The notes beneath the pieces were generated by a model. The model worked only from the letters and a program-made list of their open reading frames with translations. It did no database searches and was not told the origin of the DNA. Below are positions 39,373 to 49,804 of a stretch of DNA of 64,000 bases, piece after piece. The DNA is from Empedobacter falsenii. GTDB taxonomy: Bacteria; Bacteroidota; Bacteroidia; Flavobacteriales; Weeksellaceae. Position 1 is the stretch's first letter. The number at the start of each line of letters is the position of its first letter. The stretch lies in the NCBI RefSeq assembly GCF_013488205.1, contig NZ_CP040908.1, forward strand, positions 905,876 to 969,875. Reading direction: 5' to 3'. The translations under genes and the position numbers were made by a program.

Positions 39373-41622
39373 ATGAAAAAAATATTCACTTCAGTATTTA
39401 TACTAAGTGCTGCGTTATCTTACGCGCAATCTACATTAAAGGGAAAAATTACAGATCAAAATAAACAACCAATCGTTGGAGCAGAAGTGTTTTGGCAATC
39501 GTCAGATATTTCAGTTATTACAGATGAAAAAGGAAATTTTGAGATCGAAAATTATCAACCAACTTCAATTTTAGGTGTTTTTTATGACAATGAGACGACA
39601 ACTTTTAAGGAATTAAAAGACGAATTTCAGAATATCACTATCAATGTAAAAGATCATTTTGGGGATACTTCGTTGAATGAAGTTGTGGTTCGTGATACAA
39701 GTAGTTCGCTTAAAAAATCGAAGTTTGCAACCAATATGACGACAATGACTGGAAAAGAATTGTTGAAAGCAGCATGTTGTAATTTAGCTGAATCTTTCGA
39801 GACAAATCCTTCTATTGATGTCAATTTTTCGGATGCTGTGACAGGAAATAAGCAAATTAAAATGTTAGGTTTAACCTCTCCTTATATTTTGATTGCAGAA
39901 GAAAATATACCAAATGTTCGTGGAGCTTCTCAAGCTTTTGGGCTTAGTTTTACGCCAGGAACTTGGGTAGAAAGTATTCAGGTGACGAAAGGTGCTGGAA
40001 CGGTGATTAATGGTTACGAAAGTATTTCTGGGCAGATTAATACAGAATTAATAAAACCTTCAAATGATATTCCGTTGTTTGTGAATCTTTATGGTTCGAC
40101 AGATTCTCGTTTTGAAGGAAATGTGCATTTGAACAAAAAATTGAATGATAAATGGAGTACTTCTTTGTTTATGCATGGAAATGCACGTGTTTCGAAAAAT
40201 GACATGAACGATGATGGATTTTTAGATAATCCGCTTGGACATCAAGTTAATGTGATGAATCGTTGGCAATATCAAAACTTAGAAAAAGGTTGGGTTGGAT
40301 TTTTATCAGCACGTTATTTGAATGATACAAAACAAGCAGGACAAGTTGATTTTGATAAAGATCGCGATAAATTAACAACAAATTATTGGGGATCAGAAAT
40401 CAATACAAATCGTGTGGATGTTTCGTCAAAAATTGGGTATGTTTTTCCAGAAATGCCTTATCAAAGTATGGGATTACAAACGGCGTTTAGCTATCATAAA
40501 CAAGATTCTTACTTTGGATTGAATCAATATGATATCGAACAACAAAGTTTTTATGCCAATTATATTTTTAGTTCGATTATTAGCAATACAAAAAATAAAT
40601 TCTCTACAGGAGCTAGTTTTACATACGATAAATTCAAGGAATTTGTAGCGCTTCCAACGGATGCGAATTATGATCGAATTGATAATTCTGCAGGAGCATT
40701 TTTCGAATATACGTTTGATAATATGAAGAATTTCAATATGATTGCTGGGCTTCGTGGAGATTATCATAATCGAATGGGCTTTTTCTTGACACCGCGTTTG
40801 CATACGCGTTATATGCCAGTAAAAGGAACAACAATAAAAGCGTCGGTTGGTCGCGGAAAACGAATCAATAATATATTTGCAGAAAATCAGAATTTATTTG
40901 CATCTTCAAGACAATTTAATATTCTGGGCGATGGAAATGGAAAAATATATGGTTTAGATCCAGAAATTGCATGGAATTATGGATTTAGCGTAACACAAGA
41001 ATTTAAATTATTTGGTAAAAATGCAGATGTTACAGCAGATTTTTATCGAACAGATTTTCAAAATCAAATCGTAACTGATATCGATTATTTGGCTCGTCAA
41101 GTAAGATTTTATAATTTAGAAGGAGATTCGTATGCAAATTCGTTCCAATTTGATTTTAATTATAATCCATTCACAAATTTCAAAATTAGAGCATCTTATA
41201 AATATTACGATATCGCAACAGATTATGAAAAAGGAAAATTAGAACGTCCGTTGCAAGCGAAACATCGTTTCTTTACAAATTTAGAATACGAAACACGCGA
41301 AAGAAATGGTAAAAATTGGCGTTTTGATGCAACGTATAATTGGATTGGAAAACAGCGTTTACCAAATACATCAGATAATTTACCAGAAAATCAGTTGAAT
41401 GAATATTCGAATCCATTTGGGACAATTAATTTCCAGATTACACGTGTTTTTTCAAAACGTTTTGAAGTATATATTGGAGGAGAAAATGTAACGAATTATC
41501 AACAACATCGCGTAATTTTAGGAGCAGATAATCCTTTTGGTTCAAATTTCGATAGTTCGATTGTTTATGCGCCAATTTTTGGACAAATGTATTACGCTGG
41601 ATTAAGATTTAGTTTAAAATAA
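39373..41622 (+). CDS. TonB-dependent receptor (CarboxypepD_reg N-domain, plug, barrel)
   Basis: Signal peptide, an N-terminal carboxypeptidase-regulatory-like domain, and a C-terminal barrel ending in an aromatic-rich strand (GLRFSLK). Confidence 0.8.
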   Translation: MKKIFTSVFILSAALSYAQSTLKGKITDQNKQPIVGAEVFWQSSDISVITDEKGNFEIENYQPTSILGVFYDNETTTFKELKDEFQNITINVKDHFGDTSLNEVVVRDTSSSLKKSKFATNMTTMTGKELLKAACCNLAESFETNPSIDVNFSDAVTGNKQIKMLGLTSPYILIAEENIPNVRGASQAFGLSFTPGTWVESIQVTKGAGTVINGYESISGQINTELIKPSNDIPLFVNLYGSTDSRFEGNVHLNKKLNDKWSTSLFMHGNARVSKNDMNDDGFLDNPLGHQVNVMNRWQYQNLEKGWVGFLSARYLNDTKQAGQVDFDKDRDKLTTNYWGSEINTNRVDVSSKIGYVFPEMPYQSMGLQTAFSYHKQDSYFGLNQYDIEQQSFYANYIFSSIISNTKNKFSTGASFTYDKFKEFVALPTDANYDRIDNSAGAFFEYTFDNMKNFNMIAGLRGDYHNRMGFFLTPRLHTRYMPVKGTTIKASVGRGKRINNIFAENQNLFASSRQFNILGDGNGKIYGLDPEIAWNYGFSVTQEFKLFGKNADVTADFYRTDFQNQIVTDIDYLARQVRFYNLEGDSYANSFQFDFNYNPFTNFKIRASYKYYDIATDYEKGKLERPLQAKHRFFTNLEYETRERNGKNWRFDATYNWIGKQRLPNTSDNLPENQLNEYSNPFGTINFQITRVFSKRFEVYIGGENVTNYQQHRVILGADNPFGSNFDSSIVYAPIFGQMYYAGLRFSLK

Positions 41623-41644
41623 AAATCATAAAAAATATAAAATA

Positions 41645-42010
41645 ATGAAAAAATTATTAGCCTTTGCTTTGGTTGCGACTTTAGGAATTAGCGCACAAGC
41701 ACAAAATAAAAATGCAAAACACGATTTACACGTTAAAGGAAATTGTAGGCAATGCAAAGATCGTATAGAAAAAGCAGCTTATGGTGTAAAAGGTGTAAAA
41801 TCTGCTGAATGGGATAGTAATACGCAAAATTTACATATTATATTGAATGAGAAAAAGAGTAAAGTGGATGATGTAGAAAACGCTGTAGTAGCGGTTGGTC
41901 ACGATACTGATAATAAACGTGCAGAAGAAAAAGTGTACGGAAATTTACCTTCTTGTTGTTCATATGATCGTGAAGGTTCAGCTGGGGAAGCTAACACGCA
42001 TAGTCATTAA
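41645..42010 (+). CDS. heavy-metal-associated (HMA) domain periplasmic protein with Cys/His-rich tail
   Basis: HMA-like VKGNCRQCKDRIE motif. C-terminal SCCSYD ... HSH tail. Signal peptide. Confidence 0.6.
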   Translation: MKKLLAFALVATLGISAQAQNKNAKHDLHVKGNCRQCKDRIEKAAYGVKGVKSAEWDSNTQNLHIILNEKKSKVDDVENAVVAVGHDTDNKRAEEKVYGNLPSCCSYDREGSAGEANTHSH

Positions 42011-42025
42011 AAGATTTTAAAATAC

Positions 42026-42058
42026 AAAAAAGGGATTTCAATTAGAAATCCCTTTTTT
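42026..42058 (+). terminator. intrinsic terminator
   Basis: AAAAAGGGATTTC-AATTA-GAAATCCCTTTTTT. Confidence 0.75.
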
Positions 42059-42130
42059 GTTTATAAGATGTTAATAGTTTAAAAATGAAAATTTTATTTT
42101 TAACTTTTAGTTAACATTAACATTCTATCT

Positions 42131-42703
42131 TTGTTGTCTTTCCTTTTTTGGAAAGGAGCAAATAAATTAATTGAAGTGAAAATAGGTCAAATTGTAGAGA
42201 TTCCAAAAAATTCTTCTATTTATAATAAAGAAAAACCATCTTTTCGATCAAAAGAAGAAGAACTTTCGTGGAAGGTAAGCCAAAGAAGTTATTCTTTGTT
42301 TGATGGTTTTATTGTAGGAGAACATACTGGAATAGATAAATTTGAAATAGGACAACGAAAAGGTTTAAATGTTAGCGGAAAAGAATTTCCGGTTTATGTG
42401 ATTGGAATTGATAAACGCGAGAACAGAATTTTTGTAGGACAAGGAAAAAATCATCCAGGTCTTTTTACAGATGTATTCTCTTTTGAAGAACAAAATATAA
42501 GTTGGTTAGAAAAACCATTTTTAATAGATGAGATAGAAGTGAATGTTACTTCTATACATTTGAAAGAAGAAATAAATGCGAGATTTTATCAATTTGGAAA
42601 AATCTATTTTTTGGAGTTTGAAAAACAAATTCCTTTGATAATGAAAAATTACACATTAAGGCTTTCTTATGAAAACAAGGAAGTTATACTATTAAATAAA
42701 TAA
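42131..42703 (+). CDS. hypothetical protein (start uncertain; the listed ORF begins at a TTG)
   Basis: ORF only. The first codon is TTG and lies inside a CTTTCC-TTTTTT-GGAAAG hairpin. Confidence 0.3.
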   Translation: MLSFLFWKGANKLIEVKIGQIVEIPKNSSIYNKEKPSFRSKEEELSWKVSQRSYSLFDGFIVGEHTGIDKFEIGQRKGLNVSGKEFPVYVIGIDKRENRIFVGQGKNHPGLFTDVFSFEEQNISWLEKPFLIDEIEVNVTSIHLKEEINARFYQFGKIYFLEFEKQIPLIMKNYTLRLSYENKEVILLNK

Positions 42704-42714
42704 TTGTTATAAAA

Positions 42715-44499
42715 ATGAAATTGAAATTTACTTTTTTATCATTTGCTTTAGCATTATTCGCACAAGCTCAAAAAGCACCTGCGTATTACTCGAGCATTAA
42801 TTTTAGCAAGACGAAGAATGAGTTGAAAAATGATTTTGCTAAATTAATTACAGATACACATAAACAAAATGTATCTTATTCAGAAGGTTTGAAAAATCTA
42901 TTTCAAACAAGTGATGCCGATCCTCAAAATCCATCTAACTTATTGTTGATTTATGGATCTCAAAGTTCAGGTACACATCAAAGAAGTCGTGCTTTTTCAG
43001 GATCTTGGAATAGAGAGCATGTTTATGCAAAATCTAAAGGAACGCCAAATTTAGGAACTTCTGGACCTGGATCAGACGGACATCATTTACGTCCTGCTGA
43101 TGTTACATTGAATAGTACTCGTGGAAGTTTGCTTTTTGATGATGGAGTAGGAGTAATGGCAATGAAAACGAGCCGTGGTGGTTGGTATCCAGGTGATGAA
43201 TGGAAAGGAGATGTTGCGAGAATTTTAATGTATATGTATGTACGTTATGACAAACGAACTTTACCTCTTAATATTACTTTTGGACCAAGTACGTATTCGT
43301 CAGATTTCCCTGATATTCTTTTGAAGTGGAATGTAGAAGATCCTGTTTCACAATTTGAAATTCAAAGAAATAACGTTGTAGCGAATGTTCAAGGAAATAG
43401 AAATCCGTTTATTGATAATCCATATTTAGCAACTGTTATTTGGGGAGGTCCTAAAGCGCAAAACAATTGGCCAGAATCTTTTGGTGAAGGCGGAGGTTCT
43501 GAAGAGGATACTGAAAAACCTACTGCACCAACAAATTTAGCTTCAACAACGATTACATCTTCAAGTGTGTCGTTAACTTGGACGGCTTCTACAGATAATG
43601 TAGGTGTTAATAGATATGATATTTATGTAGATAACACTTATAATACAACTGTTTATAGTAATAACGGAACAGTTTCTGGATTAAATCCTTCAACAACTTA
43701 TTCTTTTTATGTTGTTGCAAAAGATGCAGCTGGAAATAAATCGGATAATAGTACAGCAATTCAAGTAACAACAAAAGAATCTAATACAGGAGGAGGTTCA
43801 GGAGAAGGAACAAGCTGTGGAACAGAGGATTTTGAAAATATTCCATCTACAGGAAGTACGCCTCCAGCATCATCTTATACAGATAGAACTTGGTCGAATA
43901 GAGGAATTGTGTGGACTGCAACAAATGCAAGAACAGACAAGCAAATTTATATCGATGGAGATAGTAATAAAGCAATTTGTATTAGAAAAGGAAATTTAAA
44001 ATCATCTACAATTTCTGGAGGAATAGGATCTTTATCAGTAAAAACATATCTTCCTTTTGCAGATTCTGATGGATTTTATACATTAAAAATTAATGGAGAA
44101 GTAAAAGGACAAATACCTTATTCTAAAACAGCTAAAACAACAAAAATTGATAATATTAATGTTGAAGGAGATGTTGTAATTGAGTTGATTGATGAAACTT
44201 CAAATAATCGTGTTTCTTTCGATAATTTATCATGGACTTGTTACGAAAAATTAGCAACAGATGAGGTTAAAAAACAAAATAATAAATTAGTTATTTATCC
44301 TAATCCAGTTAAAAATCATGAATTTGTTGTCAATGGAATTGAAAATAAAGAAACAATTCAAATTTTTACTATCAATGGACAATTGGTTCAAACGATTCAA
44401 AATGTAACAAATAATTCTAAAGTTAGATTAAATAAACTACCTAAAGGAGTTTATATCGTTAAAACGAAAAATCAATCTAATAAAATTATTGTTGATTAA
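42715..44499 (+). CDS. secreted endonuclease I family nuclease with FN3 domain and T9SS C-terminal sorting domain
   Basis: Signal peptide. EndA/NucM-like core (RSRAFSGSWNREHVYA, GHHLRPAD), an FN3-like segment, and a C-terminal T9SS CTD (YPNPVKN ... GVYIVK). Confidence 0.75.
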   Translation: MKLKFTFLSFALALFAQAQKAPAYYSSINFSKTKNELKNDFAKLITDTHKQNVSYSEGLKNLFQTSDADPQNPSNLLLIYGSQSSGTHQRSRAFSGSWNREHVYAKSKGTPNLGTSGPGSDGHHLRPADVTLNSTRGSLLFDDGVGVMAMKTSRGGWYPGDEWKGDVARILMYMYVRYDKRTLPLNITFGPSTYSSDFPDILLKWNVEDPVSQFEIQRNNVVANVQGNRNPFIDNPYLATVIWGGPKAQNNWPESFGEGGGSEEDTEKPTAPTNLASTTITSSSVSLTWTASTDNVGVNRYDIYVDNTYNTTVYSNNGTVSGLNPSTTYSFYVVAKDAAGNKSDNSTAIQVTTKESNTGGGSGEGTSCGTEDFENIPSTGSTPPASSYTDRTWSNRGIVWTATNARTDKQIYIDGDSNKAICIRKGNLKSSTISGGIGSLSVKTYLPFADSDGFYTLKINGEVKGQIPYSKTAKTTKIDNINVEGDVVIELIDETSNNRVSFDNLSWTCYEKLATDEVKKQNNKLVIYPNPVKNHEFVVNGIENKETIQIFTINGQLVQTIQNVTNNSKVRLNKLPKGVYIVKTKNQSNKIIVD

Positions 44500-44806
44500 T
44501 AAGTATCAAAATTCTAGTCTTGAAAAATAGACATATATTTGCCATGATTAGAAATATACAAATTAAACAGTAGTAGCTAACAAGTTGCTACTGTTTTTTA
44601 GGTTTAATAATTGCCATCAGATTATTACGATAACATTTGTTGAGAAAGATTAATTATAAAAGCGATTAAAAAAGCTAAATCAACTCATTAATAATTAGAG
44701 TAAACACTCAGTAACGGACATTTATATATTGAACTGAATTAATAAATAGTTAATTTTTTAAATAAAAGATAATTGTAGAGGAAAAATACAATTGAAATAT
44801 TAACCA

Positions 44807-45199
44807 CTAATTATATATCACTAACCAATCTATACTATCTAATTGCTCTTCCGTGAATTTTAACATTTTAATATTATCAATTTGTTTTTTCATTATAGAA
44901 TCTGTATTGTTCCAAAATTCTTCTCTTTTATTACAGGGAAGAAAATAAATATACAGAATTCCATTATATTTTTCATTATTAATTTTACTTCGGATAGAAG
45001 TCTTAACAATAGGAGATTTTATTTGTTCTGTAGCTAGTTTATCACTAGCTGGACCTAAATAATACATACTATCTTTTATATTAAAGATTACAGTCTCATA
45101 ACATAAAGAAGAACTCGAATTGTTAAGAATCTTTAACTCATCATTTTTATAATGACATGAAGTTAAAACGATTATTGATAAATAAATTATTTTTTTCAT
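44807..45199 (-). CDS. hypothetical lipoprotein
   Basis: Lipobox LTSC. 130 aa. Confidence 0.4.
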   Translation of the reverse strand: MKKIIYLSIIVLTSCHYKNDELKILNNSSSSLCYETVIFNIKDSMYYLGPASDKLATEQIKSPIVKTSIRSKINNEKYNGILYIYFLPCNKREEFWNNTDSIMKKQIDNIKMLKFTEEQLDSIDWLVIYN

Positions 45200-45373
45200 A
45201 TAAGTATATGTTTGTCATATTCGATGGTGTTTAATTCTACAATCAAAGATATCATATTTTTCAATTAAGTTGATACTATGCTTCGGCCAGTATAAAATCG
45301 GATTAGCTTATACAAATCATAATAAAAAATCCATCTCATTTGAGATGGATTTTTTTTGATATATATTTTTCAA

Positions 45374-46498
45374 TTACTGAAACATATCTTTTACACGTTC
45401 AAAGAATGATTTTTCATTTTTCGAAGGTTCTGGTGAGAAATGATCATCGTCTCTCATTTTTTCAAAATACGCTTCTTGGTCTTTCGATAAATGAGTTGGT
45501 GTCCAAATGTTAACATGCACAAATAAATCACCTTTTCCGTAACCATTCAAATCTGGTAAACCTTGGCCTTTTAAACGTAATACTTTTCCTGATTGAGTTC
45601 CTTTGTCAACTTTAATTTTTACTTTTCCATTAACAGTCGGAATTTCTTTTGAAGCACCTAAAACAGCATCCGGAATAGAAACATACAAATCAAAATGTAA
45701 GTTGTTTCCATCACGTTTTAATGTGTCGTGTTCTTCTTCTTCAATCAAAACAAGTAAATCACCAGGAATACCATCAAAAGGCGCATCGTTACCTTTTCCG
45801 CGAACTTGCAATTGAATTCCTTCTCTTGCTCCAGCTGGAATTTTAAGGTCGATTGTTTCCTCAACTTTGATTAATCCTTGATTATTTGCTCCTGAAGGAA
45901 TTTTATCTGCAACTTTTCCTACTCCTTGACATGTTCCACAAGTTGTAGCCGTTTGCATTTGTCCTAAAAATGTGTTGGTAACACGAACTTGTTGTCCAGA
46001 ACCGCCACAAGATGGACATGTTTTAGATGTAACGCCATCTGCTTGTTTGAAACGTTTAACTTTTACTTTCTTTTCGCAACCGTTCACCATTTCTTCTAAG
46101 TTCAATTTTACGCGAATACGCAAATCAGAACCTTTCATTCGACGTGGACCACGAGATTGACCTCCAAATCCACCACCGAATCCTCCGCCTCCAAAGATAT
46201 CGCCGAAATGAGAGAAAATATCCTCCATATTCATTCCGCCGCCACCGCCGAATCCTCCGCCAGCAGCTCCGCCCATTCCTGCATGTCCGAATTGGTCGTA
46301 ACGTGCACGTTTGTTGTCGTCGCTTAAAACTTCGTAAGCTTCTGCAGCTTCTTTAAATTTATCTTCTGCCTCTTTGTCACCAGGATTTTTGTCAGGGTGA
46401 TATTTGATGGCAAGTTTACGATAAGCTTTCTTGATATGCTCTGATGTTGCAGATTTTTCGACCTGCAATATTTCGTAATAATCTCTTTTTGATGACAT
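45374..46498 (-). CDS. dnaJ: molecular chaperone DnaJ
   Basis: J-domain HPD motif, a G/F-rich region, and four CxxCxGxG zinc-finger repeats. Confidence 0.95.
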   Translation of the reverse strand: MSSKRDYYEILQVEKSATSEHIKKAYRKLAIKYHPDKNPGDKEAEDKFKEAAEAYEVLSDDNKRARYDQFGHAGMGGAAGGGFGGGGGMNMEDIFSHFGDIFGGGGFGGGFGGQSRGPRRMKGSDLRIRVKLNLEEMVNGCEKKVKVKRFKQADGVTSKTCPSCGGSGQQVRVTNTFLGQMQTATTCGTCQGVGKVADKIPSGANNQGLIKVEETIDLKIPAGAREGIQLQVRGKGNDAPFDGIPGDLLVLIEEEEHDTLKRDGNNLHFDLYVSIPDAVLGASKEIPTVNGKVKIKVDKGTQSGKVLRLKGQGLPDLNGYGKGDLFVHVNIWTPTHLSKDQEAYFEKMRDDDHFSPEPSKNEKSFFERVKDMFQ

Positions 46499-46512
46499 TT
46501 TCTTAATCTAAA

Positions 46513-47124
46513 TTATAATCCAACAACAACTTTCGCGTAGCGAACTACTACATCATTTAATAAATATCCTGTTTCTACCACGTCTACAATTTTACCTTTC
46601 AAATCCTCTGTTGGAGCAGGAATTTGAGTAATTGCTTCGTGTAAATCTGTGTTGAAATCGTCTCCAGGTTTTACTTCCATTTCTTTCAAACCTTTTGCAC
46701 GTAACGTTTCTACTAATTTATTATTGATCAATTCAACTCCTTGAAGTAAGTTGTCGTCTCCAGATTTTTCAATTTGATTGATTGCGCGTCCAAAATCATC
46801 TAAAACAGGCAATAATGAAGTAATCACCTCTTTGTTTGCTGTCTTGAAAATATCCATGCGTTCGCGCGAAGTACGTTTTTTGAAGTTATCAAACTCTGCA
46901 AATAAACGTAAATATTGGTCTTTTTCTTTTGCTAATTGTTCCTTAACAATTTCTAATTCTGACTTTCCAGCAGTTTCTTCTTGTGGTTGTTCTACAGTGT
47001 TATCACTTTCTTGAACGTTTTCTTGAAGATTCTCGTTCTCTAATTCTTCGTGTATATTTTGGTCAGACATATTCTTATTAGTTTTTTTGTTTCTGATTGA
47101 ATCAAATAGTTTGCCAATGCCCAT
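46513..47124 (-). CDS. grpE: nucleotide exchange factor GrpE
   Basis: 203 aa. Coiled-coil N-terminus with GrpE C-terminal signature. Lies upstream of dnaJ on the same strand. Confidence 0.9.
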   Translation of the reverse strand: MGIGKLFDSIRNKKTNKNMSDQNIHEELENENLQENVQESDNTVEQPQEETAGKSELEIVKEQLAKEKDQYLRLFAEFDNFKKRTSRERMDIFKTANKEVITSLLPVLDDFGRAINQIEKSGDDNLLQGVELINNKLVETLRAKGLKEMEVKPGDDFNTDLHEAITQIPAPTEDLKGKIVDVVETGYLLNDVVVRYAKVVVGL

Positions 47125-47270
47125 TATGTGTCGTTTTGTCAGATTTTAAATAAAAAAGAAGCACTTCTGTCGCGAGAAGTGCTTCGGTAAATGTATAAAG
47201 TTTTTTTGATTTGAGGTTCGATAGATTATATTAATAGTTTAACAACTATCTTTTTTATGTTTCTAAGTGT

Positions 47271-47297
47271 CATTCTGAACTTGTTTCAGAAACACAT
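47271..47297. repeat. small palindromic element, copy B (CATTCTGAAC-TTG-TTTCAGAAACACAT)
   Basis: Near-identical to 18254-18280. Flanked by GTGT, giving a 13-bp imperfect inverted repeat. Confidence 0.5.
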
Positions 47298-47365
47298 CTT
47301 GTTAGCTTTACTGAGGATGCGAAGTTGAAATGAATTCAACTTGACATAGGGTTTTAAAAATTATA

Positions 47366-49804
47366 TTAAAACTTAAAATTAATTTTTCCATTCAAGAAAC
47401 GTCCTGTCAAATAATTTGGCATCGTATAAACTGCACTCGAATTTACATCACGAATCCATGAATTACTGATTTCATTTTTGATATCAAACACATTGAATAC
47501 ATCTACACCAATCGAAATTTCTTTGAAATTACTCCAAAATGTTCCTTTTGATGGTTTCAATTCTTTTTGATTAATCAATTCTTTCACAAAACCAATATCT
47601 ACACGTTTGTAATCTGTCAGCGTTGTTTGATAATTATATGGATCTGCAAATTGTGGTGCTCCGTTTGGTAAACCAGAAGCATAAATTAAATTCACATTCA
47701 CCTTGAAGGAAGGTAAAAACTCCATATAATCTTGGAAAAATGCCGATAATTTGAAACGTGGATCTGTCGGTAATGGAATATTTCCTTTATCATCAATATT
47801 TTGATAAGCACGCGCATATGAAGCCGAGAACCAAGAATCAATACCAGGAACAAACTGCCCAAATAAACGCATGTCAAGTCCATATGCGTAACCTTTCGAG
47901 TTGTTATCTGCTGTATAACGAATTCTCACATTGTCCACATAATACGGATTCAAATCATTTAAGATTTTGTAATAAACCTCAGTTGTTAATTTGAACGGAC
48001 GATCCATCCATTTAAATTCGTAATCGTTTCCAAAAATAAAGTGTATAGATTGTTGCGATTTTACTTTATCATTTAACGAACCATCTAAACGACGAATCTC
48101 GCGATAGAAAGGAGGTTGATAATAAACACCTGTCGAAAAACGGAACAACATATCGCTTTCCCAATCTGGTTTGATCGCGATTTGAGCACGAGGCGAAACG
48201 GTTGTTTCTTCATTAAAATCCCAATAAGCCGCACGTACACCAGCATTGAACATCACTTTCGCATCATTCCACATAAATTTGCTCGTGTATTGCGCATAAC
48301 CAGAAATACGATTAGTTTTTAAATTATTTTTAGAATTCACATAATAACTTAAATTCAGACCATTATTAGGATTTGGATTCACAACATATCCTGTCGAATC
48401 AATCGCTTGCCATTCACCCAATAAATCACGAATATCTTCTTGTTGAAATTTTGCACCCCACTCAATATCATTGTTTCCGTTGATTTTGTATTTTCCTTTG
48501 TGTTGAATTCCGGCAACTAATGCATCAAAATTATTTCGTGCATGATCGATTTGCGAACCAACATCATTCGTAGAAGTTGCAAAGCCTTTTTCGTCTACTT
48601 CGGAAATGAAATAAGAACCTTGAATATCAAAATATTCGCGCTCTTTCGAATGATAAGCAAAAACATCTAACCCTAAATCTACTTTAGAATTTGGTTGATA
48701 CGTAAACGATAAACTTCCTGTTTCTGTCGCAAATTTATCATCTTCTTTTCCGTCATAAAAAACAGTTAGCAACAAGGGAGTATCCATTGTATTGATATAA
48801 GTTTCACGTTTTATAGGGAACATTTCGTAGCGCGAACGCGACATTGTTCCCAAAAATGCAACATTCCATTTATCATTTAATTTATAATTGATATTGGCTT
48901 GCACATCGTAATATTCAGGATTGAAATTGGTATCACCTTTTAAGGTATTTAATACTAAATTTCTGTTTTGATAACGCGCTCCAACAATTGCCGAAAGTTT
49001 TTTGTCTTTAGAACCTCCGCCTAATGTCAAGCTTCCGCCCATTAAACTAGCTTCTAATTGACCTTCAAATTTTGTTGGACGTTTGTAGGTAACATCTAAA
49101 ACAGAAGACATTTTGTCGCCATATTTGGCTTCCCAACCACCAGCAGAAAAGTTGATAAATTGCGTCATCGCAGGATTTACAAAGCCTAAACCTTCTTGTT
49201 CACCAGAACGAATCAATTGAGGTTTGTAAACTTCGATTCCGTTAACGTAAATTAAATTTTCGTCATAATTTCCTCCGCGAACCATGTATTGCGAACTCAA
49301 TTCTGTATTCGAATTTACGAAAGGTAATGTTTTTAATAAATCGGCAACTCCGCCAGTTAAACTTGGTCCTTGTTGCATTTGCGCAGCACTCAAAACGGTA
49401 CTTTGCAAAGGTTTATTTTTATTGGATTGAAAAGAAATTGTTGCTTCACCTAATTCTATCGCATTGGTTTGATCAGGAACTAATTGAACAAAAATTTCTT
49501 TTTTGTTTTTATCTTTTAGCGTAAACGTTTGTGCAAACGAATGATAACCATTATTGTTAAAAGTTACGGTAACGGAAGAATTTGATGGAATATCAATTTT
49601 GAAATTACCATTTTGATCTGTAAAATAAGATTGATCGTTGACAATAATCTCAGCTTCACTAATTGGAATTCTATTTTCGTCGACAACTTTACCATTAATT
49701 TGCGCTGTTTGAGCAAATAAAATTCCACCCAAAAGAGATAAACTTATGGTACTAAGAAATCTTTTTGAATGTTGTAGAGTACGTTGCTGTGTTGTTTTTT
49801 TCAT
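47366..49804 (-). CDS. TonB-dependent receptor
   Basis: Signal peptide, CarboxypepD_reg-like N-domain, plug, and a barrel with terminal aromatic residues. Confidence 0.8.
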   Translation of the reverse strand: MKKTTQQRTLQHSKRFLSTISLSLLGGILFAQTAQINGKVVDENRIPISEAEIIVNDQSYFTDQNGNFKIDIPSNSSVTVTFNNNGYHSFAQTFTLKDKNKKEIFVQLVPDQTNAIELGEATISFQSNKNKPLQSTVLSAAQMQQGPSLTGGVADLLKTLPFVNSNTELSSQYMVRGGNYDENLIYVNGIEVYKPQLIRSGEQEGLGFVNPAMTQFINFSAGGWEAKYGDKMSSVLDVTYKRPTKFEGQLEASLMGGSLTLGGGSKDKKLSAIVGARYQNRNLVLNTLKGDTNFNPEYYDVQANINYKLNDKWNVAFLGTMSRSRYEMFPIKRETYINTMDTPLLLTVFYDGKEDDKFATETGSLSFTYQPNSKVDLGLDVFAYHSKEREYFDIQGSYFISEVDEKGFATSTNDVGSQIDHARNNFDALVAGIQHKGKYKINGNNDIEWGAKFQQEDIRDLLGEWQAIDSTGYVVNPNPNNGLNLSYYVNSKNNLKTNRISGYAQYTSKFMWNDAKVMFNAGVRAAYWDFNEETTVSPRAQIAIKPDWESDMLFRFSTGVYYQPPFYREIRRLDGSLNDKVKSQQSIHFIFGNDYEFKWMDRPFKLTTEVYYKILNDLNPYYVDNVRIRYTADNNSKGYAYGLDMRLFGQFVPGIDSWFSASYARAYQNIDDKGNIPLPTDPRFKLSAFFQDYMEFLPSFKVNVNLIYASGLPNGAPQFADPYNYQTTLTDYKRVDIGFVKELINQKELKPSKGTFWSNFKEISIGVDVFNVFDIKNEISNSWIRDVNSSAVYTMPNYLTGRFLNGKINFKF

